Positions 28,210 through 36,293 of a stretch of 64,000 bases of DNA are shown in pieces. The stretch lies in sequence record OP172790. One strand, given 5' to 3'. Every line of letters starts with the position of its first letter. Position 1 is the first letter of the stretch. The position numbers and the translations under genes were made by a program. Origin of the DNA: Escherichia phage ECO319P1. Below the pieces are notes generated by a model. That model was not told the DNA's origin. It made no database searches and worked only from the letters and a program-made list of their open reading frames with translations.

Positions 28210-28418
28210 TGCAGTACATTGATAAATATAGTGGTGAGAAGGGTGAAGAAACCCTGTTTATCTTTAAAACAGATTGTCTGGAGCAAGGTCAGTTGATTAA
28301 CTTCACTGAACTGGCTAACCTGAAAGAAGAGATTGACCGCTTGTATGGTGATGAACAGTCTCGTATCCTGAACGAATCACTTCTTGGTGATTACACTTGT
28401 GATGGTTGCACAATATGA
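28209..28418 (+). CDS. hypothetical protein
   Basis: GGAGG RBS, ATG start. Confidence 0.45.
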   Translation: MQYIDKYSGEKGEETLFIFKTDCLEQGQLINFTELANLKEEIDRLYGDEQSRILNESLLGDYTCDGCTI

Positions 28419-28618
28419 GTCTTGCAAAAGAGTTCATGGACTTTATCGTTGACAATGAAATACCACTATCAGACAGGGCTGCTGCCCTGATTGGTAAGCT
28501 TGGTGTTGCTGACGAAGAACTTGAGTGGCTTTCCTGTCTCAATGCTGCTGGTGTTGATAATTGGGAAGGCTGTGACTATGCTGCTGACTTGCTGAGGGAG
28601 AGAACAGATGAATGTTAA
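28415..28618 (+). CDS. hypothetical protein
   Basis: ATG 28415 overlapping upstream stop; track start 28406 is TTG. Confidence 0.4.
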   Translation: MSLAKEFMDFIVDNEIPLSDRAAALIGKLGVADEELEWLSCLNAAGVDNWEGCDYAADLLRERTDEC

Positions 28619-29000
28619 ACTAAGTAAGAAAGGTCAGGCTCTTCTGGCTACTCGTAAACAGGCACTTCAAGATGTGATTAATAAGTCCTTTGAGAAGATG
28701 CCGTTCGATATCACAATTCTCGCAAGTACAGTGCGTACTGAAGAGGAGCAACGAGCTAACATAGCCAAAGGTGTGTCTTGGACAATGAAGTCTAAGCACC
28801 TCACTGGAGAGGCCGTGGACATGGCTCCTTATCCGGTTGACTGGAACAACCTTGAACGGTTTGTACAGATGGCTGAAGTGGTTCTGACTACTGCCAAAGA
28901 AATGGGTATTCCCATTGTCTGGGGTGGTACTTGGAAAGAAACCACTGAAGGTTGGAAACAGAATAAACGGTTCGATGGGCCTCATTTCGAACTGAAATAA
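28608..29000 (+). CDS. endolysin, L-alanyl-D-glutamate peptidase (M15/VanY-like)
   Basis: GGGAGAG RBS; SKHLTGEAVDMAPYP and VWGGTW blocks as in T5-type endolysins. Confidence 0.8.
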   Translation: MNVKLSKKGQALLATRKQALQDVINKSFEKMPFDITILASTVRTEEEQRANIAKGVSWTMKSKHLTGEAVDMAPYPVDWNNLERFVQMAEVVLTTAKEMGIPIVWGGTWKETTEGWKQNKRFDGPHFELK

Positions 29001-29018
29001 TTATTGCACATTATAATA
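28998..29018 (+). promoter_or_regulatory. copy 2 of conserved 21-bp motif TAATTATTGCACATTATAATA
   Basis: Identical to copy 3 over 21 bp; 10 bp upstream of ATG 29028. Confidence 0.5.
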
Positions 29019-29027
29019 AGAGTCACT

Positions 29028-29483
29028 ATGGCAAGAAAACCCACTGTAATTGATAACTCATTCCTTGTTGATATGTTCAATTCTATTGACGGTATCGGAG
29101 ATTTGGGAAGTTGGATGCAAGATGTAATTTATGGAAGTGCTCGTCTTGGTCATTCTAACCCATCAGCAGCAGTGGCAATTTTCAAGGCTTTAGCGACTCT
29201 TCCAGTTATTAGCTTTGACACTGTAAAGCACTTCGTAAACAACAGGTCAGAGGTAATTGACCAACGTACATTCAGTGACAGACATGTTTATGCCTTCATG
29301 AACAGAGTCTTATCAGCACGGAAAGGTATTGAGTTTTACTATGAACGTAAGACTGGTCAGAAATTTCATAGCATTGAACCAGTGGAAGATGTTGATTCTA
29401 CTGATTTTGTCTATGCTGATGGTGTAAAAGCCAGTGAATTAGTTTACGAAAATGTTGTAAGAAATCATGGAACCGAACACTAA
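29028..29483 (+). CDS. hypothetical protein
   Basis: Track start 29004 lies inside the conserved motif; ATG 29028 chosen instead. Confidence 0.5.
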   Translation: MARKPTVIDNSFLVDMFNSIDGIGDLGSWMQDVIYGSARLGHSNPSAAVAIFKALATLPVISFDTVKHFVNNRSEVIDQRTFSDRHVYAFMNRVLSARKGIEFYYERKTGQKFHSIEPVEDVDSTDFVYADGVKASELVYENVVRNHGTEH

Positions 29484-29558
29484 TGTATAGTGTCTAATGA
29501 GCGAAGGACGTTTTAACTGAGCCTTCACAATTGAGTTTTATATAAGGAAATATATCAT

Positions 29559-30326
29559 ATGTCTACTGCAATCCCTTCTACCTCCTCTTCTAAAAAATCT
29601 CGCACTGTTTATGATGCAATTGAAAACGATGTTTACGACGCACGTATCGTCCGCTTCATTGGTCTGGGTGTTCAGGAACAACCTGAATGGCAGGGTGAGA
29701 AGAAATCTCCAGCCTTTAAATGCTCCATCTCTTTTGAACTGATTGATATCGACGCAACTGGTCGCACTTTCGAAGGTGATGAAGATAAAGTCGGTAAGCC
29801 GATTGACCCTCGTCCTTCTTGCATGTTCAAAGATTACTACCTGTTCCCAGGCGCTAAACGTGGCGGTGTGTTCGACCTGTGTAAAGCAATCGACCCATCA
29901 ATCACTGAAGTTCCTCGTAATCTGGAATGGTTCATGGATAAGCTGGGTGAAGTTGTGAGTGTTGGTGTTGGTTCTTATACTACCAAAGCTGGTGTAACTC
30001 GTAACAAAGTTACTTCTGTTGGTGCTGTAAGTTCTCGTAACAAGCCTAAAGTTGGTGAAGCACGTTCTGAACTGGTTGGTTTCAACCCGTATGTAGATTC
30101 TCCGGAAATGGTTCAGGCCTACGGTAAAGTTTACAAATTCCAGCGTGACATGCTGACTGAAGCACACGATAAAGCGAATATCCCGTTTGCTGGTAAAGAG
30201 CCAGTTAACGACAGCGGTGATGGTGAGCGTCCAAGCAACACTGAAACTCGTGAAGAGCAGAAGTACTCCAAGACTTCTAATCAAACTCCTAACGATGTTC
30301 CTTTCGACGACGATATCCCGTTCTAA
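29559..30326 (+). CDS. putative single-stranded DNA-binding protein with acidic C-terminal tail
   Basis: C-terminus PFDDDIPF matches the E. coli SSB tip DDDIPF; position within replication module. Confidence 0.55.
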   Translation: MSTAIPSTSSSKKSRTVYDAIENDVYDARIVRFIGLGVQEQPEWQGEKKSPAFKCSISFELIDIDATGRTFEGDEDKVGKPIDPRPSCMFKDYYLFPGAKRGGVFDLCKAIDPSITEVPRNLEWFMDKLGEVVSVGVGSYTTKAGVTRNKVTSVGAVSSRNKPKVGEARSELVGFNPYVDSPEMVQAYGKVYKFQRDMLTEAHDKANIPFAGKEPVNDSGDGERPSNTETREEQKYSKTSNQTPNDVPFDDDIPF

Positions 30327-30351
30327 TTTAACGCGTTGCACCGTTAAGACT

Positions 30352-30374
30352 GAGGCCTTCGGGCCTCTTTATTT
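30352..30374 (+). terminator. rho-independent terminator (UUCG tetraloop)
   Basis: GAGGCC / GGCCTC stem, TTCG loop, then TTTATTT. Confidence 0.7.
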
Positions 30375-30398
30375 GGATTGTAATAACAAGGATGTGTT

Positions 30399-30956
30399 AT
30401 GGCAAAGCGACTAAGTGCTCCAGTTCCAAAGAAGGAACATTATAAAGACTTCGATGAATTATATCGTGAGTATTGGGCACCACTTCAGAAACAATTCTTC
30501 TACATGGAAAAGGATTATCAGCTTGCTGAGGATTTAGCTCAGGAAACGATGCTCCGAGTGTGGCAGTATTGGGACAGAATCCAGTGGGATAAACTTGGTG
30601 GTGTGATTGGTACAATTGCCAACAACGTCCGGTACGGTTATGTTCGAAAAGAATTTGACCGAGTTGATACAGAGATGTACGACAACATTCTGGATTTTGA
30701 ATGTCATGATGATGGCTTAACTGACCCAATTCGTGATGTATTAAATAATGAGGCAAGCACTTTTGTTCAGTATGCTTTTGAGAAGCTTAAACCACAGGAA
30801 CGTGAGTTGTTCTCGGATGTTTATCTGAAGAACCTGAAAACAAAAGATGTTGCAAAGAAACATGGTATGACTACTGGCCATATCTATGTTCAATTGTTCC
30901 GTATTCGAACTCAACTGGTTACTAACCTTGAGCGTCACGATATTGGAACAAACTAA
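30399..30956 (+). CDS. phage-encoded sigma-70 family (ECF-like) sigma factor
   Basis: Region-2-like LAEDLAQETMLRVWQYW and region-4 HTH DVAKKHGMTTGHIYVQLFRIRTQL. Confidence 0.7.
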   Translation: MAKRLSAPVPKKEHYKDFDELYREYWAPLQKQFFYMEKDYQLAEDLAQETMLRVWQYWDRIQWDKLGGVIGTIANNVRYGYVRKEFDRVDTEMYDNILDFECHDDGLTDPIRDVLNNEASTFVQYAFEKLKPQERELFSDVYLKNLKTKDVAKKHGMTTGHIYVQLFRIRTQLVTNLERHDIGTN

Positions 30957-30968
30957 GGAGAATATAAC

Positions 30969-31169
30969 ATGGAAGTTGTATACCAGAACGGCATGTATGA
31001 AGTAAAAGTTAATCGGTACGATAATGAGTACCTAGTTGTTAACGTGAAGACTGATGTGGTTGAGGCTCGTGAATCGGCATTGCCCACAGCAGAATACAAA
31101 GCTGATGCTCTTCGTGAAGTTACGCTGAAACGTAATGAAGTTAAGGGTAAAGCGGAGGCAGCACAATAA
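30969..31169 (+). CDS. hypothetical protein
   Basis: AAGGAG RBS, ATG start. Confidence 0.45.
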   Translation: MEVVYQNGMYEVKVNRYDNEYLVVNVKTDVVEARESALPTAEYKADALREVTLKRNEVKGKAEAAQ

Positions 31170-32065
31170 TGCGAGTCCTCCTTGATTGCGACATTCTAAG
31201 ATATCAAATCGGTTCAGTGAAAGCTGCTCACCCATTCTTAAAGGGAGAGTTTGTTCCTGCTCCTGAGTCGGAGATTTGTCGGTTGGTCGAGGATTTGATT
31301 CAGCATGTGATTAAGATTAATAAGGCAGACAGTTATGTCTGTCCTTTATCCGGTAAAGGTAATTTCCGATTGGACATTGCCAAACAGGAACCCTATAAGG
31401 GTAATCGAGACCCAAACGTAACACGACCTTTTCACTATGACACTGTTGGTGACTACATCATTAAGAACCACCCTCACGTAATTGTTGATGGGATGGAAGC
31501 AGATGATTGGCTAGGCATCGAGCAGCGTAAAGACCCAGAGAATACTTGTATTGCGTCAAGGGATAAAGACCTTGGAACCGTATTTGGTTATCACTACCGT
31601 TGGGCTTGTGGCGAATATCAGCCAGAAAGAACAATTCACTGGATAACTCCATACGAAGCAACTGAGTTCTTCTTCCACCAAATGCTCACAGGCGACAACA
31701 CAGATAATATTCTTGGGTGTGGTAAGCGTGAGATGGTTAAGTGGGGAGGCAAAATGATGCTTCGCCGCAAGGGTGTTGGTAAGGGTGCTGCTGATAAGAT
31801 TTTAGCAACTTGCTCAACCGTACAAGAAATGTATGATGCTGTTAAGGCTGAATACGAAAAAATTTTTAGTGACGAGCACGAGGATGTGATGCTCGAAAAT
31901 GCCAGATTGCTCTACATTGGGCAAACACCAGACAAACTGTTTGAGTGGGACTGGCTTGACTACCAACTAAGTAAGGATACTAACGATGAACTTTTACCAA
32001 CTGAACAGCCTGAATGCACCGGACACCCTACTGATGGTGAATCTGAGCCTTATCACGAAGATTGA
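31169..32065 (+). CDS. 5'-3' exonuclease / flap endonuclease (T7 gp6-like)
   Basis: GGAGG RBS; blocks DGMEADDWLG, ASRDKDL, GDNTDNILGCG paralleling T7 gene 6 exonuclease motifs. Confidence 0.8.
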   Translation: MRVLLDCDILRYQIGSVKAAHPFLKGEFVPAPESEICRLVEDLIQHVIKINKADSYVCPLSGKGNFRLDIAKQEPYKGNRDPNVTRPFHYDTVGDYIIKNHPHVIVDGMEADDWLGIEQRKDPENTCIASRDKDLGTVFGYHYRWACGEYQPERTIHWITPYEATEFFFHQMLTGDNTDNILGCGKREMVKWGGKMMLRRKGVGKGAADKILATCSTVQEMYDAVKAEYEKIFSDEHEDVMLENARLLYIGQTPDKLFEWDWLDYQLSKDTNDELLPTEQPECTGHPTDGESEPYHED

Positions 32066-32405
32066 AGAGTTTGATGAATTCTTCCGAATCTATCTGGTAA
32101 GCGGTGATGTGGAAGAGATTGAGCATGATTCATTTATGAGTGCATTGAATGCTTCCGAGACTGGCTACTTCAAGTATCAGGTTCAAGCAAAAGAAGTAAA
32201 CACAGCGATGATGGGCGTCTCCGATGATGATATTGAAGACATGACCAATCTGAGTACTGTAGAAGTTGTTCCAGAGAGTGCTCTTTCTGATGGTAACACA
32301 GGTAATGCATATGCAGAAGGTAGTAGCGCAGTAGATGTTCGTGATGTGATTAATAACATGTCCAAAGATGAACTTATTGCACTTCTGTCCAAATTGCAGA
32401 AGTAA
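32034..32405 (+). CDS. hypothetical acidic protein (start uncertain)
   Basis: ORF overlapping exonuclease 3' end; acidic composition; no clear RBS. Confidence 0.35.
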   Translation: MVNLSLITKIEEFDEFFRIYLVSGDVEEIEHDSFMSALNASETGYFKYQVQAKEVNTAMMGVSDDDIEDMTNLSTVEVVPESALSDGNTGNAYAEGSSAVDVRDVINNMSKDELIALLSKLQK

Positions 32406-32412
32406 TCAAATA

Positions 32413-32438
32413 AGGCTGTCTTCGGACGGCCTTTCTTT
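32413..32438 (+). terminator. rho-independent terminator (UUCG tetraloop)
   Basis: GGCTGTC / GACGGCC stem, TTCG loop, then TTTCTTTT. Confidence 0.7.
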
Positions 32439-32459
32439 TACCCAAAATTTGAGTGTATT

Positions 32460-33548
32460 ATGAAAAAAGAGCTATTTGCTGTTGATAAGAACGACAACAT
32501 TAAACATTGGACTGTCGAAACTAATGGTGCTGAGATTATTGTCTGTCATGGACGATACCAAGGCAAGATGCAGAAGAAAGTGACAGTCTGTAAAGCTAAG
32601 AATATTGGGAGGGCGAATGAAACAACACCCGAAGACCAAGCGATTCTGGAAGCAGAAGCTAAGTACACCAAGCAAATCGACAAGTGCTATCGGGCGACTA
32701 TTGAAGAGGCAAGACGAGTCGGTCAAGTCCTTCCTATGCTCGCTCATAATTTCCTTGACCACGGGCATCGTATTAGCTTTCCTTGCTATGTCAGTGCTAA
32801 GCTGGATGGTGTACGATGCGTTGCAACTGTGGAAGATGGTGCTGTCACACTAACAAGTCGTGGTGGTAAGGAATATCCTTGCCCAGAGGCAATTCATGAT
32901 GAACTGGTTCACCTTAGTTATCTCACTGGAATTACTAAGTTTGATGGCGAGCTTTATATTCATGGTACGAAGCTTCAACACATTGTGTCGGCTGTTAAAA
33001 AACCTAACGACTTGACTCCGAAGTTGAAGTATTGTATCTTTGACTTACCGAACACTGATAAGTGGGAAGACCGTTGGTTAAAGCTCAAAGACATTAAGAA
33101 TAAATATCGTCTTGACCACATGGAAATCGTTGATTGTATCAAAGTTGAGAACAAACTCTCAGCGGAAATGATGCTTCACAAATACATGGGTCAAGGTTAC
33201 GAGGGTCTGATGCTTCGTAATCTGGATGGGAAGTATGAATACAACCATCGTTCAGCAGATTTACAGAAGTGGAAAATCATGCAAGACCTCGAAGCCAAGG
33301 TAATTAGTGTTGCAGAAGATAAGAATGGTGAGGGTGTCCTGACTTGCCATATAGCGGGTGAACCCGATAAAATCTTCGATGTTAAAATGCGTGGGACACA
33401 TGAGGAACGTCTGGTTGACAATCAGAAGAAGTTGATTGGCAAGTGGATTGTTGTTATTTATCAGGCATTTACAGAAGCAGGGTTGCCTCAGTTCCCGGTA
33501 GGCAGCCATGTCCGTGAATGTGATGAAGAGGGGAACCCAATTGAATAA
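32460..33548 (+). CDS. ATP-dependent DNA ligase
   Basis: Adenylation motif I SAKLDGVRC (KxDG); size and context like T7 ligase. Confidence 0.85.
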   Translation: MKKELFAVDKNDNIKHWTVETNGAEIIVCHGRYQGKMQKKVTVCKAKNIGRANETTPEDQAILEAEAKYTKQIDKCYRATIEEARRVGQVLPMLAHNFLDHGHRISFPCYVSAKLDGVRCVATVEDGAVTLTSRGGKEYPCPEAIHDELVHLSYLTGITKFDGELYIHGTKLQHIVSAVKKPNDLTPKLKYCIFDLPNTDKWEDRWLKLKDIKNKYRLDHMEIVDCIKVENKLSAEMMLHKYMGQGYEGLMLRNLDGKYEYNHRSADLQKWKIMQDLEAKVISVAEDKNGEGVLTCHIAGEPDKIFDVKMRGTHEERLVDNQKKLIGKWIVVIYQAFTEAGLPQFPVGSHVRECDEEGNPIE

Positions 33549-33864
33549 TGTAGCCGAAGGTGTTCTGAGAGAATTAGAACGTGCTGTAGCAATCGCAGAA
33601 GTTGATGGTGTTCATGAGAAAGTTGCTCTGATTACACTGTTAACTTCAGTGAAACGTGTTGTTCGTGAAATGCGGACTCACTCTACAACGTGTCCTTCCT
33701 GTGGTCAACCTAATATGGGTGCTCACTATTGTGTCGGTTCAATGCAAACTGCAAAGACTGGACTGAGGGATTTGCTCGGTAAAGAAGGTTATTATCGAGA
33801 CAGTTCTGAGATACTCAAGGACGTTTGGCCCGGTTGTGATACGAGTAAGATTGGAGCTTGGTAA
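33508..33864 (+). CDS. hypothetical protein with Cys motif
   Basis: CPSCGQP...HYC; start overlaps ligase 3' end, start uncertain. Confidence 0.4.
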   Translation: MSVNVMKRGTQLNNVAEGVLRELERAVAIAEVDGVHEKVALITLLTSVKRVVREMRTHSTTCPSCGQPNMGAHYCVGSMQTAKTGLRDLLGKEGYYRDSSEILKDVWPGCDTSKIGAW

Positions 33865-34076
33865 TGGCTCGAAAACCACGTAAACCAAAAGTTAAACCGA
33901 TTATCAATGTTTGGGACATGGATGAAGAAACGATTCAGAAGGTTATTACGCATCTGGAGAAGGATTTCCCGCTCTCAGGAATGTTAATCCGTTACAAAGC
34001 AGAGATTGGTCGTCGTAATGACGGCCTTTCCGTTGAAGATTTCTATAAAGTTAAGGAAGACGATGAAGATTTATAA
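33858..34076 (+). CDS. hypothetical protein
   Basis: GGAG RBS, ATG start. Confidence 0.4.
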   Translation: MVMARKPRKPKVKPIINVWDMDEETIQKVITHLEKDFPLSGMLIRYKAEIGRRNDGLSVEDFYKVKEDDEDL

Positions 34077-34620
34077 TGCCGGTCATATGCTTACCCGTGG
34101 TGCTCAGTTCCAACGTCAAGTTGAAAAAGATGAACTGAATAGTGTTGCTGATGATTTACAGTGGTACGACCCGAAGGAAAATAAAGAAATCAACGATAAG
34201 GCTAATCTGGATAATAACGATGGACTCGCTGAGAAGATTGTTCGCCAAGACACAAATGCTCTGTTTTGGGCTGATACTGTGGTCATTGAGCCCCTACCTG
34301 AAGCTCTTGGAACTCATGTCGAACTCGGACAGCTCAAAGGCATGCGGGATATGGCGATTGCGATTGTTAATCTTATCAATAACGCTACCTCCGTCGATGA
34401 TGCTTTTATGCAAATCGGTGCTCTCTGTGACAAACAAATAACTCGTTCTGTATACCCACACTATGAGGATATCCGCAGATTCAAAGGGGCGAATGAGTCC
34501 GAAGACCGTCGTTCTTGGGGTATCAATCAATATGTGTATGGTGTATGCCTTGACTTAACAGACGGTAAGGGTTTATACGACTGGAGCGAGGTTCTGAGGG
34601 AACTTAGCAATGAAGATTGA
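34063..34620 (+). CDS. nucleoside 2-deoxyribosyltransferase-like / dNMP N-hydrolase-like protein
   Basis: N-terminal MKIYNAGHM and ADTVVIEPLPEALGTHVELGQL resembling NDT/Rcl MKIYLAGP and DxGTxFELG (catalytic Glu); AAGGAAG RBS before ATG 34063. Confidence 0.45.
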   Translation: MKIYNAGHMLTRGAQFQRQVEKDELNSVADDLQWYDPKENKEINDKANLDNNDGLAEKIVRQDTNALFWADTVVIEPLPEALGTHVELGQLKGMRDMAIAIVNLINNATSVDDAFMQIGALCDKQITRSVYPHYEDIRRFKGANESEDRRSWGINQYVYGVCLDLTDGKGLYDWSEVLRELSNED

Positions 34621-35014
34621 TATCTACCGCAAGAGAGAGGGGGAAAACGTCGTAGGCTTTCCTATGGCGTTTGCCAGAAAGGTTTATGAGGGTTGCCCCA
34701 TTTTCCAACACCGGGATTTCTCCGAGTTTTTCTTTTCAACATCAATGACAATTCGTAATACCCTTCGTTGGGAGTACGTTGTTACAGATGATGATGGCAA
34801 TGTGACGGCCTCTATGGCTGTCTACAAAGACTTTGATATGCATGTAGGCGAATGCCTTAGTGTATTGGTAGCGTTCAGCACAGACGACCACAGCTTGTTT
34901 AAAGCGTACCGTTGGTTGATGAAGCTGGCAAAAGAAGAGATGTGCCCTTTCGTAGCTTATACACGGAAGACTGGTGATTTTACAATGGATTTAGTTTACA
35001 GGAAGGTTTCATGA
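34610..35014 (+). CDS. hypothetical protein
   Basis: GGGA RBS, ATG start. Confidence 0.5.
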   Translation: MKIDIYRKREGENVVGFPMAFARKVYEGCPIFQHRDFSEFFFSTSMTIRNTLRWEYVVTDDDGNVTASMAVYKDFDMHVGECLSVLVAFSTDDHSLFKAYRWLMKLAKEEMCPFVAYTRKTGDFTMDLVYRKVS

Positions 35015-35280
35015 GCGCATTAGATACTATGGTAGGTGGTTCACATTATCAAGCTGAAGGTGGTATTCAGCCAATTCAGTTCTATCATGCAAATCCACAG
35101 CTTGACTTTCAACAGTGTAATATGATTAAATACGCATATCGACACAAAGATAAGAACGGTTTGCAGGACTTACTGAAGGTTATTCACTATGCGCTGCTCG
35201 AAGCTGAGTTTGACTACGGTGACGACAAAGATAAGTTCGAAGCGTTTAAGGAGCAAGTACGTGGCCTCGTCAAAATCTAA
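35011..35280 (+). CDS. hypothetical protein
   Basis: GGAAGG RBS, ATG overlapping upstream stop. Confidence 0.5.
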   Translation: MSALDTMVGGSHYQAEGGIQPIQFYHANPQLDFQQCNMIKYAYRHKDKNGLQDLLKVIHYALLEAEFDYGDDKDKFEAFKEQVRGLVKI

Positions 35281-35376
35281 AAAGAAAGAAAAGAAAGAGG
35301 AGGCTCCGAAGGAGTTCTCCCCTGAAGTGATAGAAGCTGTACGAAAAGAACTCGAATCGCTTCCATTTTAATCAAA

Positions 35377-35397
35377 TAATTATTGCACATTATAATA
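35377..35397 (+). promoter_or_regulatory. copy 3 of conserved 21-bp motif TAATTATTGCACATTATAATA
   Basis: Identical to copy 2; 43 bp upstream of ATG 35440. Confidence 0.5.
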
Positions 35398-35439
35398 GAG
35401 TTCTTTCTTAACACAATTCAAAAGGATTTGTCAATACTT

Positions 35440-36060
35440 ATGTTAAAATTTATTTGGTCTATTATAGCCACTGTAGGTGTACTTGCTTCCTGTTACATAT
35501 CTGATGCTTCTCCTATCATCACAACAGCTTCTGTCATTGGTGTCTTATTTGTTCTTGGTGTAGCTTTCAAGAATGCTTGGACAAACCTGTTAGGTGCTGC
35601 ATTAACGCTGATATATGGATACCTTTCTTACAGTGCAGGTTATTATGCTAACGCACTGATAAATGTGACAGTGCTATTCCCACTACAGTTAATAGCTTTC
35701 TGGTTCTGGAAGAAGACAGAAGGTAAGACGTTTACATTAACTGAAGATTGGAAGAAAGCAATCATAGTGTTATCTGGTATAGGTATCCTCATTTCCTGCA
35801 CACTGACTAAATCCTATGGTTCACATCTTTGGCTTCATGATGGAATCTCAGCGGTATTAGTTATTGTTGCTACTTTCCTCCTGATGTTAAAAGTGAAAGA
35901 ACAGTGGTATGCTTGGATTCCTTATAATGCACTTGAAGTGTTTATGTGGTTCATGGCTGCTTCTTTAAATCCTGATATGTTGGCTATCTTTGTGATGCGT
36001 AGCATCTTCTTTGCTAACTCTCTGATTGGTGCTTACGAGTGGTTCGGTAAGAAATCTTAA
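35440..36060 (+). CDS. polytopic membrane protein, possibly PnuC-like nicotinamide riboside transporter
   Basis: 7-8 predicted TM helices, Trp-rich; segment ALINVTVLFPLQLIAFWFW reminiscent of PnuC; tentative. Track start 35383 lies inside conserved motif. Confidence 0.4.
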   Translation: MLKFIWSIIATVGVLASCYISDASPIITTASVIGVLFVLGVAFKNAWTNLLGAALTLIYGYLSYSAGYYANALINVTVLFPLQLIAFWFWKKTEGKTFTLTEDWKKAIIVLSGIGILISCTLTKSYGSHLWLHDGISAVLVIVATFLLMLKVKEQWYAWIPYNALEVFMWFMAASLNPDMLAIFVMRSIFFANSLIGAYEWFGKKS

Positions 36061-36117
36061 TAACATTCACTATTATATAATGTCATGGTTTTAATCCTCA
36101 TATGTAATGGTGAATTT

Positions 36118-36246
36118 ATGAAAGTCAAAGATTATAATGAAGAACGTTGGGAACGCAACTCTGAATCAAACAAAGAGCGTAAGATTGCTAAGAAACGTTT
36201 TAAAGAGAAACATAATCCTTGGGCTAGTTTGAGTAATAAAAAATAA
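36118..36246 (+). CDS. hypothetical small basic protein (42 aa)
   Basis: ATG ORF ending just before a terminator; weak RBS. Confidence 0.3.
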   Translation: MKVKDYNEERWERNSESNKERKIAKKRFKEKHNPWASLSNKK

Positions 36247-36250
36247 GTTA

Positions 36251-36277
36251 GGGCTGCCTTCGGGCGGCCTTTTTTCG
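36251..36277 (+). terminator. rho-independent terminator (UUCG tetraloop)
   Basis: GGCTGCC / GGCGGCC stem, TTCG loop, then TTTTTTC. Confidence 0.7.
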
Positions 36278-36293
36278 TTTATGGAGGCCAAGG

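Noticed and set aside
29004-29483. Track start codons at 29004 and 35383 (MHIII...)
   Set aside because: Both ATGs lie inside the conserved 21-bp intergenic motif; the identical MHIII N-terminus is a by-product of translating the motif, so downstream ATGs 29028 and 35440 were used
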